In this document: positions 34,675 to 48,798 of the stretch, one piece after another
Numbering within the stretch: the first letter of the stretch is position 1
Layout: each line of letters begins with the position of its first letter
Assembly: GCA_964580935.1 (NCBI GenBank)
Contig: CAZOLG010000003.1
Location: 217,098 to 281,097 of the forward strand
Length of the DNA: 64,000 bases
Reading direction: 5' to 3'
From: an uncultured Methanomassiliicoccales archaeon
GTDB taxonomy: Archaea; Thermoplasmatota; Thermoplasmata; Methanomassiliicoccales; CAZOLG01
Notes under the pieces: model-generated
What the model saw: the letters and a program-made list of their open reading frames with translations, nothing else
Database searches by the model: none
Told to the model about the DNA's origin: nothing
Position numbers and translations under genes: made by a program

Positions 34675-36505
34675 CTCTGCAGCAGCGGTGATGGAGGGAG
34701 GCAGTCCTTCCATAATACCCAGTGCAGAAGGTACGACCCTGGGAGGAAAAGCATTCCCATCATATGTCGCGTTTACCGAAGAAGGCGAGTTATTGGTCGG
34801 AGAGCCGGCCCGAAGGCAGGCGGTCACCAACCCTGAAGGTACAGTGTCCGGCATCAAGAGGAAGATGGGGACCGATTATGAAGTGGAGATGCACGGAGAG
34901 ACATACACTCCACAGCAGATATCGGCCTACATTCTGCAGAAGATCAAGAGGGATGCTGAAGAGTACCTGGGAGAGAAAGTGAACAAGGCGGTGATCACCG
35001 TACCCGCTTATTTCAACGATAATCAGAGGCAGGCCACAAAGGACGCGGGGAAAATCGCCGGCCTGGAAGTGTTGAGGATTATCAACGAGCCCACAGCGGC
35101 CGCCCTGGCATTCGGAATCGACAAGTCGGAAGAGGAACAGACCATACTGATCTTCGACTTCGGTGCTGGTACGCTCGATGTGACCATCATGGAGTTCAGC
35201 GAGGGAGTGTTCGAAGTCATATCCACCAGCGGCAACACTGAGCTGGGTGGAAGGGACATGGACGAAGCTCTGATGGAGTACGTCACCGACGAATTTGAAG
35301 AGGATGCGGGCATCGACCTCACCGGAGACCGTATGACCGAATGGAGGGTAAGAGAGGCCTGCGAAAAGGCAAAGATCGAGCTATCGAGCACCAAGTCCAC
35401 GGAGATCAACCTGCCATTCATAGCTCAGGATGATGAAGGTCCAAAACACCTCACCAAGACCATTAACAGGGCCAAACTTGAAAGCCTGGTGAAACCGGTG
35501 GTCGATCAGTGTAAAGGACCAGTCAGGAATGCGCTCAAGGACGCCGAGATGACCGCCGATGATGTAGACAATATCATCATGGTCGGCGGACCTACCAGGA
35601 TGCCCATCGTTCAGGAGTTCCTGAAGAAAGAGGTGGGAAAGAAGATACAGAGAGGCATCGATCCCATGGAGTGTGTTTCGATGGGAGCGGCTATCCAGGC
35701 CGCAGTTCTGGAAGGAGAGGTTGATGATGTGTTGCTGCTCGACGTCACACCGCTCTCCTTGGGCATTGAGACCCTAGGAGGGGTGGCCACCAAGGTCATC
35801 GAGAGGAATACTACAATTCCCACCGAGAAGACGCAGATATTCTCCACAGCGGCCGATAACCAGACCTCAGTGGAGATACATGTGTTCCAGGGGGAGAGAG
35901 AAATGGCCAAGGACAATACCTCTCTGGGCAGGTTCCATCTTACGGGTATCCCTCCTGCGCCCAGAGGAGTGCCTCAGATCGAGGTGACATTCGACATCGA
36001 CGCCAATGGGATTCTGAACGTATCGGCCAAGGACAAGGGCACTGGTAAAGAGCAGAACATTACCATAGAGGCCAGCAACAAGCTCTCTGAGGAAGAGATT
36101 GAAGAGATGGTCGAGGAGGCCGAGAAATTCGAAGAGGAAGACAAGAAGAAGAGGAAGAGGATAGAGACCATCAACAAGGCGGACTCGATGATATACACAT
36201 CAGAGAACACTCTGAAGGAGCTCGGAGATAAGGTGTCCAAGAAAGAGAAGGAGAAGATAGAGGACGCTATCCAAGAGCTGAAGGATGCGATGGAGGAGGA
36301 AGACATACCCCTTATCGAGGAGAAGACCGATGCCCTGAGCGAGGCCATGTCCGAGGTCTCAACTCGGATATACCAGGATGCCGCCCAGCAGGCGCAGGCT
36401 GGTCAGCAGGCTGGGGCCGGCGGCAAGGCGCAGGAAGGTCAAGGATCTGAGGCCGATGAAGGAGAATACACGGACGCTGACTACACCATCGTGGATGAAG
36501 AATAG
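34637..36505 (+). CDS. dnaK: Molecular chaperone DnaK (Hsp70)
   Basis: Motifs [19 protein letters not shown] and VGGPTRMP. The start is set at [10 protein letters not shown] (ATG 34637), preceded by AAGGAG. Confidence 0.95.
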   Translation: MAKTIGIDLGTSNSAAAVMEGGSPSIIPSAEGTTLGGKAFPSYVAFTEEGELLVGEPARRQAVTNPEGTVSGIKRKMGTDYEVEMHGETYTPQQISAYILQKIKRDAEEYLGEKVNKAVITVPAYFNDNQRQATKDAGKIAGLEVLRIINEPTAAALAFGIDKSEEEQTILIFDFGAGTLDVTIMEFSEGVFEVISTSGNTELGGRDMDEALMEYVTDEFEEDAGIDLTGDRMTEWRVREACEKAKIELSSTKSTEINLPFIAQDDEGPKHLTKTINRAKLESLVKPVVDQCKGPVRNALKDAEMTADDVDNIIMVGGPTRMPIVQEFLKKEVGKKIQRGIDPMECVSMGAAIQAAVLEGEVDDVLLLDVTPLSLGIETLGGVATKVIERNTTIPTEKTQIFSTAADNQTSVEIHVFQGEREMAKDNTSLGRFHLTGIPPAPRGVPQIEVTFDIDANGILNVSAKDKGTGKEQNITIEASNKLSEEEIEEMVEEAEKFEEEDKKKRKRIETINKADSMIYTSENTLKELGDKVSKKEKEKIEDAIQELKDAMEEEDIPLIEEKTDALSEAMSEVSTRIYQDAAQQAQAGQQAGAGGKAQEGQGSEADEGEYTDADYTIVDEE

Positions 36506-36522
36506 AAACTGGATGAAATCAC

Positions 36523-37701
36523 ATGGCCGATAAGGACTACTACGACATACTGGGAGTAGATAGAGACTCTTCCAAGTCTGAAATCAAGAAGGCTTATCGC
36601 CGGTTGGCCAGGAAATACCATCCCGATGTGACCGAGGACGATAACGAGGAAGCCGAGAAGAAGTTCAAGGAGATCTCCGAGGCCTACGAGGTCCTCGCCG
36701 ACGACGAGAAGAGACAGAGATATGATAACTACGGTCATTCTGGCCTGAACGGCCAGTTCGGCGGGGGCGGTTTCGATTGGAACGACTTCAGCCACTTCTC
36801 CGATATCGAGGATATATTCTCCGAATTCGGGTTTGGAGGAGGTCAAAGTCGAGGATTCGGGGGCAGCATTTTCGATGCCCTGTTCAACCAGATGGGCGGT
36901 AGAGGGCGAAGCAGGGGCCCCCAGAAAGGACCTTCGCTGAGGTACGATGTGGAGATCGGCCTGGAGGATGCGGCCGAGGGTTTGACCAAGGAGCTGACAC
37001 TCCCCAAATGGGTGGATTGTGATGAATGTGACGGCACCGGAGCGGAAAACGGGAAACTGATCACCTGCCCAAAATGCAACGGCCAGGGGCAGATAAGAAC
37101 TACCCGCAGGGGAGGCATAGGCCAGATCGTTTCCATACAGGAATGTCCCAAGTGCAACGCCAGAGGCAAGATTCCTGAGACTCCCTGCGATGTCTGCGAT
37201 GGAAAGGGCAGACAGCGGAAGAGGTCTACGATAAGCGTGGACATCCCCGCCGGTGTCGAATCGGGAACCAGGCTCAGGGTTCCCGGCGCAGGCCGGGAGG
37301 GTAGCAGGGGTGGACCGCCCGGTGATCTCTTCGTGGTGGTTCATGTGAAGGAACATGATCGCTTCAGACGCGATGGGCCAAACATCTGGTTGGAATGGCC
37401 AATCTCCTTCCCTCAGGCGGCCCTGGGTGATGAGATCAGAGTCCCTACTATCAACGGTAAGGCAAAACTCAACATTCCTCCTGGTACCCAGGGGGACACG
37501 GTTCTCCGGATGAAGGATAGCGGTCTGCCCCGGTTCAACGGCAGAGGAAAGGGCGATCAGTTCGTGAGGGTTCAGATCGAGGTGCCAGAAGAACTCTCCG
37601 AGGAACAGAGAGAACTGATCAGCCAGCTGGCGGAGCTGGACTCAGAACCCTCTGGGTCCAGCAAACAGGGGTTTTTTGATAGATTTAAAAAGAACAACTG
37701 A
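36523..37701 (+). CDS. dnaJ: Co-chaperone DnaJ (type I)
   Basis: J domain (KYHPDV), a G/F region, and four CxxCxGxG zinc motifs. Confidence 0.95.
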   Translation: MADKDYYDILGVDRDSSKSEIKKAYRRLARKYHPDVTEDDNEEAEKKFKEISEAYEVLADDEKRQRYDNYGHSGLNGQFGGGGFDWNDFSHFSDIEDIFSEFGFGGGQSRGFGGSIFDALFNQMGGRGRSRGPQKGPSLRYDVEIGLEDAAEGLTKELTLPKWVDCDECDGTGAENGKLITCPKCNGQGQIRTTRRGGIGQIVSIQECPKCNARGKIPETPCDVCDGKGRQRKRSTISVDIPAGVESGTRLRVPGAGREGSRGGPPGDLFVVVHVKEHDRFRRDGPNIWLEWPISFPQAALGDEIRVPTINGKAKLNIPPGTQGDTVLRMKDSGLPRFNGRGKGDQFVRVQIEVPEELSEEQRELISQLAELDSEPSGSSKQGFFDRFKKNN

Positions 37702-37728
37702 TATACCGGGACCCCTGGAGGCCGTTGA

Positions 37729-38951
37729 GTGGGAGTCCTGGATAGACTAAAATCAAGTCTCGATTCTTACGACCAACGACTCTGGATACTCTTCATCTCT
37801 CAACTCATCGTGGCCATCGGGTTCTCTGTGGTCATGCCCTTCCTGGCCATCTACCTTCATGATAAACTGGGGGTGGCCATGTCGCTGGTAGGTATCGTGT
37901 TCCTTCTGGGAGCGATAATGGCCGCTATGGGCCAGCTGTTGGGAGGCACACTGGCCGACCGCTGGGGGAGGCGTAAGGTGATGCTGGTCTAAGTCTCTTC
38001 GAGAGGAGCCGCCTTCGTGCTGGTCAGCATCGCCATCGCTGGAGCACAGAGCTTCCTGTTGATCTCCATACTGGTCATCATCAGTTTTTTCCTGGGTTCG
38101 ATGTTCGACCCTGCAGCTAACGCTATGATAGCGGATGTGGTGGAGAGGGGCAAGAGGCTGGAAGCGTTCGGTTTCAGAGTGGGTACCAATATAGGATGGG
38201 CCCTGGGGCCCATGCTGGGCGGTTTCCTGGCCGCTATCTCCTACCCCGCCCTATTCCTGCTCACTGCATTCACCAGTGCTGTATCGGCAGCCCTGATATT
38301 CTTTCTGATATCCGAATCACTGAAGAAGAAGGCGGTGGACACCGTCATCGGGAAGGGGTTTGCAAGCGTATTCAAGAACACCAACTTCGCCCTGCTCTGT
38401 ATCACCACTTTCATACTCTTCATAGTCGTCTCCCAGATGTCTTCGACCCTGTCCGTGTTCGCCAATCATGCCATCGGCCTGATGGAGGTGGAGATCGGTT
38501 ATCTCTACTCCATCAACGGGGCCATGGTGGCCATATCACAGGCCCCCCTCGCCAGGTTCCTTGGTAGGTACAAGATCTCCAAGGTGCTGACCGTAGGGCC
38601 ATCATCTACACCATAGGATACTTCCTGGTGGGCCTGGCCCCCGCCTTCTTCTTCCTGGCGATATGCATGGCCATTATCGCCACCGGTGAACTGATCGTCT
38701 TCCCCTCCTCGATGAATCTGGTGGCTAACCTTTCTCCGGAAGCGGAGAGGGGCAGATACATGGGGACATTCGGACTCTTGCTGGCCTCCGGGTGGTCAAT
38801 GGGCCCGTTCGTGGGGGGACTGTTGATAGATACCGTGATCGACGTCCCCGTCCTCATGTGGGGCGTGATCTCCGCGTTCGGCATAGTGGCCGCCGCGGGG
38901 TACGTTGTACTGGGAGGTAGAATCTCACCAGAGAATAATGTGGTGGAATAA
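37729..38951 (+). pseudogene. MFS transporter gene disrupted by an in-frame TAA and a frameshift
   Basis: Three ORF pieces are present. Pieces 1 and 2 share a frame and are separated only by TAA at 37990-37992 (..GRRKVMLV*VSSRGAAFVLV..). Pieces 2 and 3 differ by one frame, with the junction near 38590-38600 (..KVLTVG|(A)IIYTIGYFLVGLAP..). The MFS motif LADRWGRRK is present. Confidence 0.7.
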
Positions 38952-38993
38952 CACTCATGAAAATTGTTAATATCCTCTCCCCCCATCCTTCAA

Positions 38994-39737
38994 ATGATGA
39001 AGATCATCGGGGTGATGACTGAGGACTTCAAGTTCTTCTACCAGATGGTGAGATTACTGAAAAAGAAAGATGAGCCCTTCATCTCTCTCGGGTTTGATGA
39101 CATCATACCTGCCCCGGTGGATGTTATCATCACCACTCCTGAGGAAATGGAGAAAGTGGACCACCCTAATGTGGTGGCAAACGCCAGTCCAAAGGAGGCC
39201 CTGGACCTTGCTCTATGTAAAGTCAGGGGAGGAGAGCATTTCAAGAATCTGGTAGTGGGCATCGACCCGGGGAGCAGGACCGGCATCAGCATCATGGGCG
39301 ATGGGAAATCACTGATCGCCAGGGTATACAGGTCTCCGGAGCGCCTTGCCCAGTCGTTGGAGAAGCTGCTAAATTCACTGGACTACGAACGGCTGGTGAT
39401 CAAAATCGGCCACGGCGATCGTACCAACAGGGATCGAATAGTCGTGGCTCTGTGGGACCTGGGTGTGGACATCGAGATGGTGGACGAGACGAGCACTACT
39501 CGCAGGTCTCACACCCCTGATATCGATGCCGCCAGGAGCATCGCCCTCTCCAAGGGCGAGAGGATCTTGTCCCCTCCTGAGGTCGTGCCTACAAAGGGTG
39601 AAGTAAAGGACATCAAGAGGTTGAGCAGAATCGAGAGCCAGGGCAGGGCGACCATCTCTTCCCATCTGGCGGAGAGAGTGGCCAAAGGGGAGTTGACGCT
39701 GAAGGAAGCGATCAGGCGCCACAGCGAGAATCAGTGA
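38994..39737 (+). CDS. Hypothetical protein with RNase H-fold (RuvC/YqgF-like) nuclease signature, tentative
   Basis: GIDPGSRTGIS, a typical first beta-strand acidic motif, followed by ...VDETSTT. The start is set at MMKIIGV (ATG 38994). Confidence 0.4.
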   Translation: MMKIIGVMTEDFKFFYQMVRLLKKKDEPFISLGFDDIIPAPVDVIITTPEEMEKVDHPNVVANASPKEALDLALCKVRGGEHFKNLVVGIDPGSRTGISIMGDGKSLIARVYRSPERLAQSLEKLLNSLDYERLVIKIGHGDRTNRDRIVVALWDLGVDIEMVDETSTTRRSHTPDIDAARSIALSKGERILSPPEVVPTKGEVKDIKRLSRIESQGRATISSHLAERVAKGELTLKEAIRRHSENQ

Positions 39738-41248
39738 ATCTTCTCATAGGAAGGGACCTTGGCCAGTACCATCCCCTCGATAGTGAACGGGTCGATATTT
39801 CTTCCTACAGACACGGCCCTTTCCAGTTTGGTCTTATTGTCAGCGTAAATGGTACACAGGGGTTCGCCCTTGTCCACCCGGTTACCCTTCTTCTTGTGGA
39901 TCACAATCCCCGCTCCCTTGTCCCCGGGCGCTCCTGCCTGCCTGGCGATCTTTACTATTCCCCTATTGTCTATACCGTTGACGTAACCACAAACCTTGGA
40001 CTGCAGTTCCTCCCGGTAGTTCCCCACCTGTATGTCTTCTGAACAGATATCTGGATCCCCTCCCTGGGCCTCGATGATCTCTTTGAACTTATCCAACGCC
40101 TTTCCGGAATTGAGCAGCCCCATGGCTTTCTCCTCCCCGGGCACTATACCGCCCATCTCCAGCAACATCCCGGCCAGGCTGGTCGATTTGGAGATGACAC
40201 TGTTGGGATGGTTCGCACCCTCGAGTATGCTCAGAGCCTCTCGGGCCTCCAGTGCGGGACCAACGGCTCTGCCCACCGGCTGTCCCCCATATGTGATTGC
40301 ACACTCCACCTTCATGTCCAGCTCTTCGCCCAGGTCGATGAAGTCTCTGGCGTAAGCTCTCGCCTGCTGGTAGGTCTCCACTTTAGTGCCCTCGCCCATG
40401 GGGATGTCGATGACCAGGAAGTTCGCCCCCACCGCCTTCTTCTTGGACATCACCGACCCCAGCAGCTGAGCATGGGGATCCACCCCGAGAGCGTATTCGA
40501 CCTTGATGATCATGTCGTCGGCCGGTGCGAGATTCATCGATCCTCCCCAGGCCATTGTTCCACCCACCTTCTCCGCAATCACCTTTAACTCCTTGGCGTC
40601 GAATGAGACGTTTGTCAATACTTCCACTATGTCTGCAGTCCCTCCAGCACTGCTTATTGCCCTGGAGGAGGTCTTGGGAATCAGCAGCCCGGCCGCTGCC
40701 ACGATGGGCACCACAAGAAGAGTGATCTTATTCCCAGGGCAGCCGCCCACGCTGTGAAAGTCGAAGACCGATTCCCCCTCAAAATCGATTGTCTCCCCTG
40801 ACTCGACCATGGCACGGATCAGTCCAGTGGTCTCTTCGACGTCCATACCGTTGATGAACAGTGATGTGATGTACGCGGACATCTCCACCTGGGAGAGTCT
40901 ATTGTTCGATATGTCTGATATCAGGGCCCTGATCTCGTTCTCCATCAGCTTCTTGCCTTCCATCTTCTTCCTGATGTAAGAAACTGAATCTGGCTTGGCG
41001 GTATACACCACCTCTAGCTGGTCGTCGGCCTCTATCTCCAGCGCCCTGAAAGCGTTCTCCAGTATTCCGACTTCGCCCGGCTGCACGATGGTGTCGGTGG
41101 TCTGCACGATGGCGGTGACCTCTTTGCCCTTGAATTTGAGTTTGATTCTGTCCTGCTCGTTCACACCCAGTTCGAGACAATCATCGTCATGCAGAACCGC
41201 GGTATACTCTCCCGCATCCATATCGATGTACTTGGCCTTCATTTTCAT
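39731..41248 (-). CDS. deoA: AMP phosphorylase (thymidine-phosphorylase family, archaeal DeoA)
   Basis: The archaeal-specific N-terminal extension (YIDMDAGEYTAVLH...) precedes a glycosyltransferase-family-3 core (HSVGGCPGNKITL, SSRAISSAGGTAD). The ATG at 41248 overlaps the rbcL stop as ATGA. Confidence 0.85.
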   Translation of the reverse strand: MKMKAKYIDMDAGEYTAVLHDDDCLELGVNEQDRIKLKFKGKEVTAIVQTTDTIVQPGEVGILENAFRALEIEADDQLEVVYTAKPDSVSYIRKKMEGKKLMENEIRALISDISNNRLSQVEMSAYITSLFINGMDVEETTGLIRAMVESGETIDFEGESVFDFHSVGGCPGNKITLLVVPIVAAAGLLIPKTSSRAISSAGGTADIVEVLTNVSFDAKELKVIAEKVGGTMAWGGSMNLAPADDMIIKVEYALGVDPHAQLLGSVMSKKKAVGANFLVIDIPMGEGTKVETYQQARAYARDFIDLGEELDMKVECAITYGGQPVGRAVGPALEAREALSILEGANHPNSVISKSTSLAGMLLEMGGIVPGEEKAMGLLNSGKALDKFKEIIEAQGGDPDICSEDIQVGNYREELQSKVCGYVNGIDNRGIVKIARQAGAPGDKGAGIVIHKKKGNRVDKGEPLCTIYADNKTKLERAVSVGRNIDPFTIEGMVLAKVPSYEKIH

Positions 41249-42489
41249 GATTGACCCCACTTTTCGAGTGCCCTCGCAAGTTCTCCATGTTGTTCAGCGT
41301 ACTCCTCGAGAGGGACCCCCTCCACTGCTGCATCCACTGCCTGCATCATGGCTGCGGCCCCGGCCCTTACTCCGTCGGGATGGCCGGCCACTCCCCCGCC
41401 GGCCTGAATCTGGATGTCTGTGCCCGCGGTGCTGATGAGCGCGGGCATCAGGCCAGGATGAAGTCCGCCTGAAGCCACAGGTATTACAGCTCTGAGGGGG
41501 CCGAAGGGGGATACGCAGGAGGACTGGTTTTTCAAGTCCCCCTCAGGATCGCCCTTCATCTTCCCCACCCCGAAAGTGCCCACGTGCAAAGCGTCCCCAC
41601 CACACAACCTCACCAGTTTGGCTATCACCTGCATAGAGATCCCGTGCTTCTGGTTCCTGGTGATGGCCCCATGCATCGTTCTGTGTACATGGATGGGGAC
41701 CTTTATTGAAGGGTCCTCTGCCAGTACCTGGACAGCCGCGAATCCAGATGTCAACACATCAACCATCAGCTCTCTGGCCCCCAGCTCCTGGGCCCGTTCT
41801 CCCAGCTCCAGGATCCTGTCTCCCCGGGATGAGATGTTGATCGCGTGTATCATTTTGTGACCGCCCTCCGAATCCACCCTGTCCAACGCTTCGGCAATGG
41901 CCACCACTCTGTCCTCCAGGGGACAGAAGTCCTGGTTCACGAGGGTCTCATCGTCCTTGGAGTTGGTCATGCCCCCCATGCCGGCCTGATAGACGTAGTC
42001 TGCCATCTTCTCCGGCGGGAGTCCGATCTTCGGTTTCACGATGGTGCCCACCAGAGGCTTCTCTCTCCTGTCCAGCATCCTCCTCATGCCTGAAATCCCG
42101 AATTTCGGGCCTTCGAACTGATTGATTATTGATTCGGGGAAGGAGACGTCCTCCAGCCTCACCCAGTCGAGGGCCTCCAGCCCGAATAGGTTCCCGGCGA
42201 TCACACTCAGTATCTGGGGGACACCCCCCACTTCCAGGCTGAAATCCTCGACTGGGAAGGCCACCTCTATCTCTTTTCCGCTGATATCGATCACCTTCGC
42301 ACTCAACCGCTGGAAGATGTCTTCACTCAGTGTGCCGATTTCAGTCCAGGTACCCGTAGACTGCTCGGTAGCGATGGCTGCTGCTACCTTCTCCATGGGT
42401 AGGTCGGTTTCTACTCTGTATTTGCAGACCACAAACCCTTCCCTGTCCAGTTCTTCTTCTAGATGCAGATATCGATCGGAATATTCCAT
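41245..42489 (-). CDS. rbcL: Ribulose-1,5-bisphosphate carboxylase/oxygenase large subunit, form III-like
   Basis: Active-site motifs are intact: GTIVKPKIG, carbamylated-Lys motif SKDDE, HVHRTMHGA, GGDALHVGT, GKMKG, PVASGG and QAGGGVAGHP. No small-subunit gene is present. Confidence 0.9.
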   Translation of the reverse strand: MEYSDRYLHLEEELDREGFVVCKYRVETDLPMEKVAAAIATEQSTGTWTEIGTLSEDIFQRLSAKVIDISGKEIEVAFPVEDFSLEVGGVPQILSVIAGNLFGLEALDWVRLEDVSFPESIINQFEGPKFGISGMRRMLDRREKPLVGTIVKPKIGLPPEKMADYVYQAGMGGMTNSKDDETLVNQDFCPLEDRVVAIAEALDRVDSEGGHKMIHAINISSRGDRILELGERAQELGARELMVDVLTSGFAAVQVLAEDPSIKVPIHVHRTMHGAITRNQKHGISMQVIAKLVRLCGGDALHVGTFGVGKMKGDPEGDLKNQSSCVSPFGPLRAVIPVASGGLHPGLMPALISTAGTDIQIQAGGGVAGHPDGVRAGAAAMMQAVDAAVEGVPLEEYAEQHGELARALEKWGQS

Positions 42490-42495
42490 TTACTT

Positions 42496-43443
42496 TCACC
42501 TCGATCTGTCAGGTTCAGGAAGCTCTTCAAACAGGAACTCCTGTCCCAACTCTTTAACAATTATTTCGTAAGCGGCATAGGGAGGTATTAGTCCCACCTC
42601 GGTGATGATGGAGTCGATGTACTTGGGAGGTGTGGCGTCAAAGACCGGGTTGAACACCTTCACATCCTCAGGAATCTCGCCGTCTTCCACCACCTCTTCT
42701 CTCCCCCTTTGCTCGATGTCCACCAGCTCCCCAGAGACCGTCCGTGGGGAGAACTTGTATGTTTCGGCGCACACCATGAACGGCGTCCTAGCCTCGTCGG
42801 CTATGAGCGCGACCTGGGAGGTGCCTATCTTGTTGATCACCACCCCGTCCGAGGTAACGGTATCCGCGCCCACGAGGACCAGGTCAATGTCCCTCATCGT
42901 CCATCTCACCGCACTGTCCATGATGAGCGTCGCCGGAATCCCTTCCTCCGACAGTTCGCGCACGGTGATGAACCCCTGTCTGTTGGGTCTGGATTCGGTG
43001 GCGAAAACCTCGACATCTTTACCATCGTTGAACGCCGTCCTGATGACTGATAGGACGGCACTGCTGTTGCAGTGAGTGAGTATCCGGTCTCCGTCCCTGA
43101 TCCTATTTGAACCGATCTCGCCTATTCTGCCCAGAGCCTGATGGGAGCGAGTGATGAAGCGTTGAGAGTTTTCGGTCACCAACTCTCGCAATTCATCCAG
43201 GGTGGAAGCTTCGTTCAGTCCCTTGGTGGCGGACTGGAGACCATTCCACAGGGAGATGGCGGTGGGCCTGGAGGATAGAAGCCTCTCTTTGGCCTCCAGG
43301 ATCCTCTCCCTCAGTGCTCCCACGTCCCCTCCCTGGTACTCGTTGACCAGGTCCTTGAGGGCACTCACTGCTGCCCGGGAGATCTTGGCAGCACCCCTGA
43401 TCTCCATATTGCTAATGGCCCTAGCTGTGCTCTCTATGTCCAT
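42496..43443 (-). CDS. Ribose-1,5-bisphosphate isomerase (eIF-2B alpha/beta/delta-like family)
   Basis: eIF-2B-related fold pattern (IRGAAKISRAA.., LTHCNSSAV, LVGADTVTSDGVVINKIGT). The function is assigned from context with rbcL and deoA. Confidence 0.8.
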   Translation of the reverse strand: MDIESTARAISNMEIRGAAKISRAAVSALKDLVNEYQGGDVGALRERILEAKERLLSSRPTAISLWNGLQSATKGLNEASTLDELRELVTENSQRFITRSHQALGRIGEIGSNRIRDGDRILTHCNSSAVLSVIRTAFNDGKDVEVFATESRPNRQGFITVRELSEEGIPATLIMDSAVRWTMRDIDLVLVGADTVTSDGVVINKIGTSQVALIADEARTPFMVCAETYKFSPRTVSGELVDIEQRGREEVVEDGEIPEDVKVFNPVFDATPPKYIDSIITEVGLIPPYAAYEIIVKELGQEFLFEELPEPDRSR

Positions 43444-43472
43444 GTTCCCCTATCCCCATTCTTGCTCCCCTC

Positions 43473-43485
43473 AGATAAGCTTTTT
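43473..43485 (-). promoter_or_regulatory. BRE/TATA-like element (AAAAAGCTTATCT on the minus strand) upstream of the isomerase-rbcL-deoA operon
   Basis: Lies about 33 nt upstream of the ATG at 43443, inside the 67-nt gap after ligA. It shares the AAAGCTT core with two other promoters in the window. Confidence 0.3.
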
Positions 43486-43510
43486 CAGATGTCAGCGGGC
43501 CCGGACCCGA

Positions 43511-47280
<3,770 letters not shown>

Positions 47281-47438
47281 CCGATCTCCATCCGTACTGC
47301 GGTCCCATTTCCATATTGGAGGGCACTGATATAAAATGTCATCAACAGCTGTGAAGTCACTGTTGGAGGAAAACAGAAATTTATCGGGAGTATATTATAG
47401 GACAAGTTCAAATCCTATAGGTCAAACGGGGGATTCAA

Positions 47439-48692
47439 TTGCCGACTGAAAATCTTTATGAAGTAGCCTGTCACCAATTAGAGACTGCAGCAAGCATAAT
47501 CGGTCTGGATGAAGGAATGCTGGACCTGCTAAGGAAACCGGTCAGGGAATACACCGTCAACTTCCCGCTGGAGATGGATAACGGAGAGGTGAAGGTCTTC
47601 ACCGGATACCGGGTGCAGCATAACAATGCCCGGGGGCCCACCAAGGGCGGGATCAGGTATTATCCCAAGGTGGACCTGAACGAGGTCCGGGCGCTGGCGA
47701 TGTGGATGACTTGGAAGTGTACCATTGTGGACATCCCTTACGGGGGTGCCAAGGGAGCGGTGGTATGCAATCCCAAGGAGATGAGCGAGAACGAGCTGGA
47801 GGGTATGACACGGCGTTTTACCTCCGCCCTGTTCCCCGTAATCGGTCCTGATAGGGATATCCCCGCACCGGATGTCTATACCGATGCTCAGGTGATGGCC
47901 TGGATAATGGATACTTACAGCACTCTGTCGGGCTCACACCAGCCGGGCGTTGTGACCGGCAAACCAGTGGAGATCGGCGGATCTATCGGTCGTGAGGACG
48001 CCACTTCCAGAGGTCTGATGTACGTTTTGGATGAAGCGGCCAAAGTGCGAAACATCGATCTCGAGGGCGCCGAGGTCGTTATCCAGGGATACGGTAACGT
48101 GGGTTGGTTGACCGCCCATCTGTTGAATAGTGAACTGGGATGCAAGGTCATCGCTGTAAGTGACTCGTCGGGGGGCATATTGAACAGAAATGGATTGGAT
48201 CCCATAGACGTTTACCAGTACAAGGGGCGGGCAGGAACGGTTGTGGGCTTTCCGGAGTCGGAGGTGATCACCAACGACGAGTTGTTGGAGACGGAATGTG
48301 ACATATTGATCCCAGCAGCGCTGGAGGCACAGATCACAAAGGAGAATGCCCACAACATCTCGGCCAAGATGGTGGTGGAGGGCGCCAACGGGCCCACCAC
48401 TCCGGAAGCGGACCGGGTACTCTTCGACAGGGATATCATGGTGGTTCCCGATGTCATCGCTAATGCAGGGGGAGTCACCGTCAGCTACTTCGAGTGGGTA
48501 CAGAACAAACAGGGATATTACTGGAAAGGCCCCGAGATCAGATCGCGTTTGAGCGAGATCATGAGGGGTGCTTTCAAAGGGATATACGAGACGATAGACG
48601 GCCATCACATGAGCTTGAGGAACGCGGCCTACATCATGGCCATACGGAAACTGATCAACTCCATCAGCCTTCGGGGTATGTTCCCTCTGTAG
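47439..48692 (+). CDS. gdhA: Glutamate dehydrogenase
   Basis: Motifs KGGIRY and PYGGAKG plus the Rossmann motif QGYGNVG. It has an apparent TTG start preceded by GGGGGA. The TATA-like TATATTATA lies about 45 nt upstream. Confidence 0.92.
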   Translation: MPTENLYEVACHQLETAASIIGLDEGMLDLLRKPVREYTVNFPLEMDNGEVKVFTGYRVQHNNARGPTKGGIRYYPKVDLNEVRALAMWMTWKCTIVDIPYGGAKGAVVCNPKEMSENELEGMTRRFTSALFPVIGPDRDIPAPDVYTDAQVMAWIMDTYSTLSGSHQPGVVTGKPVEIGGSIGREDATSRGLMYVLDEAAKVRNIDLEGAEVVIQGYGNVGWLTAHLLNSELGCKVIAVSDSSGGILNRNGLDPIDVYQYKGRAGTVVGFPESEVITNDELLETECDILIPAALEAQITKENAHNISAKMVVEGANGPTTPEADRVLFDRDIMVVPDVIANAGGVTVSYFEWVQNKQGYYWKGPEIRSRLSEIMRGAFKGIYETIDGHHMSLRNAAYIMAIRKLINSISLRGMFPL

Positions 48693-48798
48693 GAGTGCGG
48701 GTCTCCCGACTGTTTCAATGTTAACCAGATATTTTGTTACCCAACAATAGTTAGGTTTACTTATTGCTGATGACTATTGCAATACAGGAGGCTTCCAT

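Noticed and set aside
36481-37356. 291-aa ORF antisense to dnaJ, plus similar long antisense ORFs. Examples are 7919-8695 opposite nnr, 32604-33503 opposite ths, 59176-60027 opposite tkt, 47934-48608 opposite gdhA and 17730-18299 opposite the enolase-family gene.
   Set aside because: Each is fully contained within a strongly supported gene on the other strand. Their compositions are low-complexity (Arg/Gly/Pro/His/Leu-rich) and they carry no recognisable motifs. These are typical shadow ORFs of moderately GC-rich coding DNA.
47398-47425. tRNA-like T-arm sequence (GTTCAAATCC) upstream of gdhA.
   Set aside because: The flanking bases do not form a 5-bp T stem around a 7-nt loop; only a TAGGA/TCCTA hairpin with a 10-nt loop forms. 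No acceptor, D or anticodon arms can be drawn. It lies between the gdhA TATA box and the start codon, so it is probably part of the leader.
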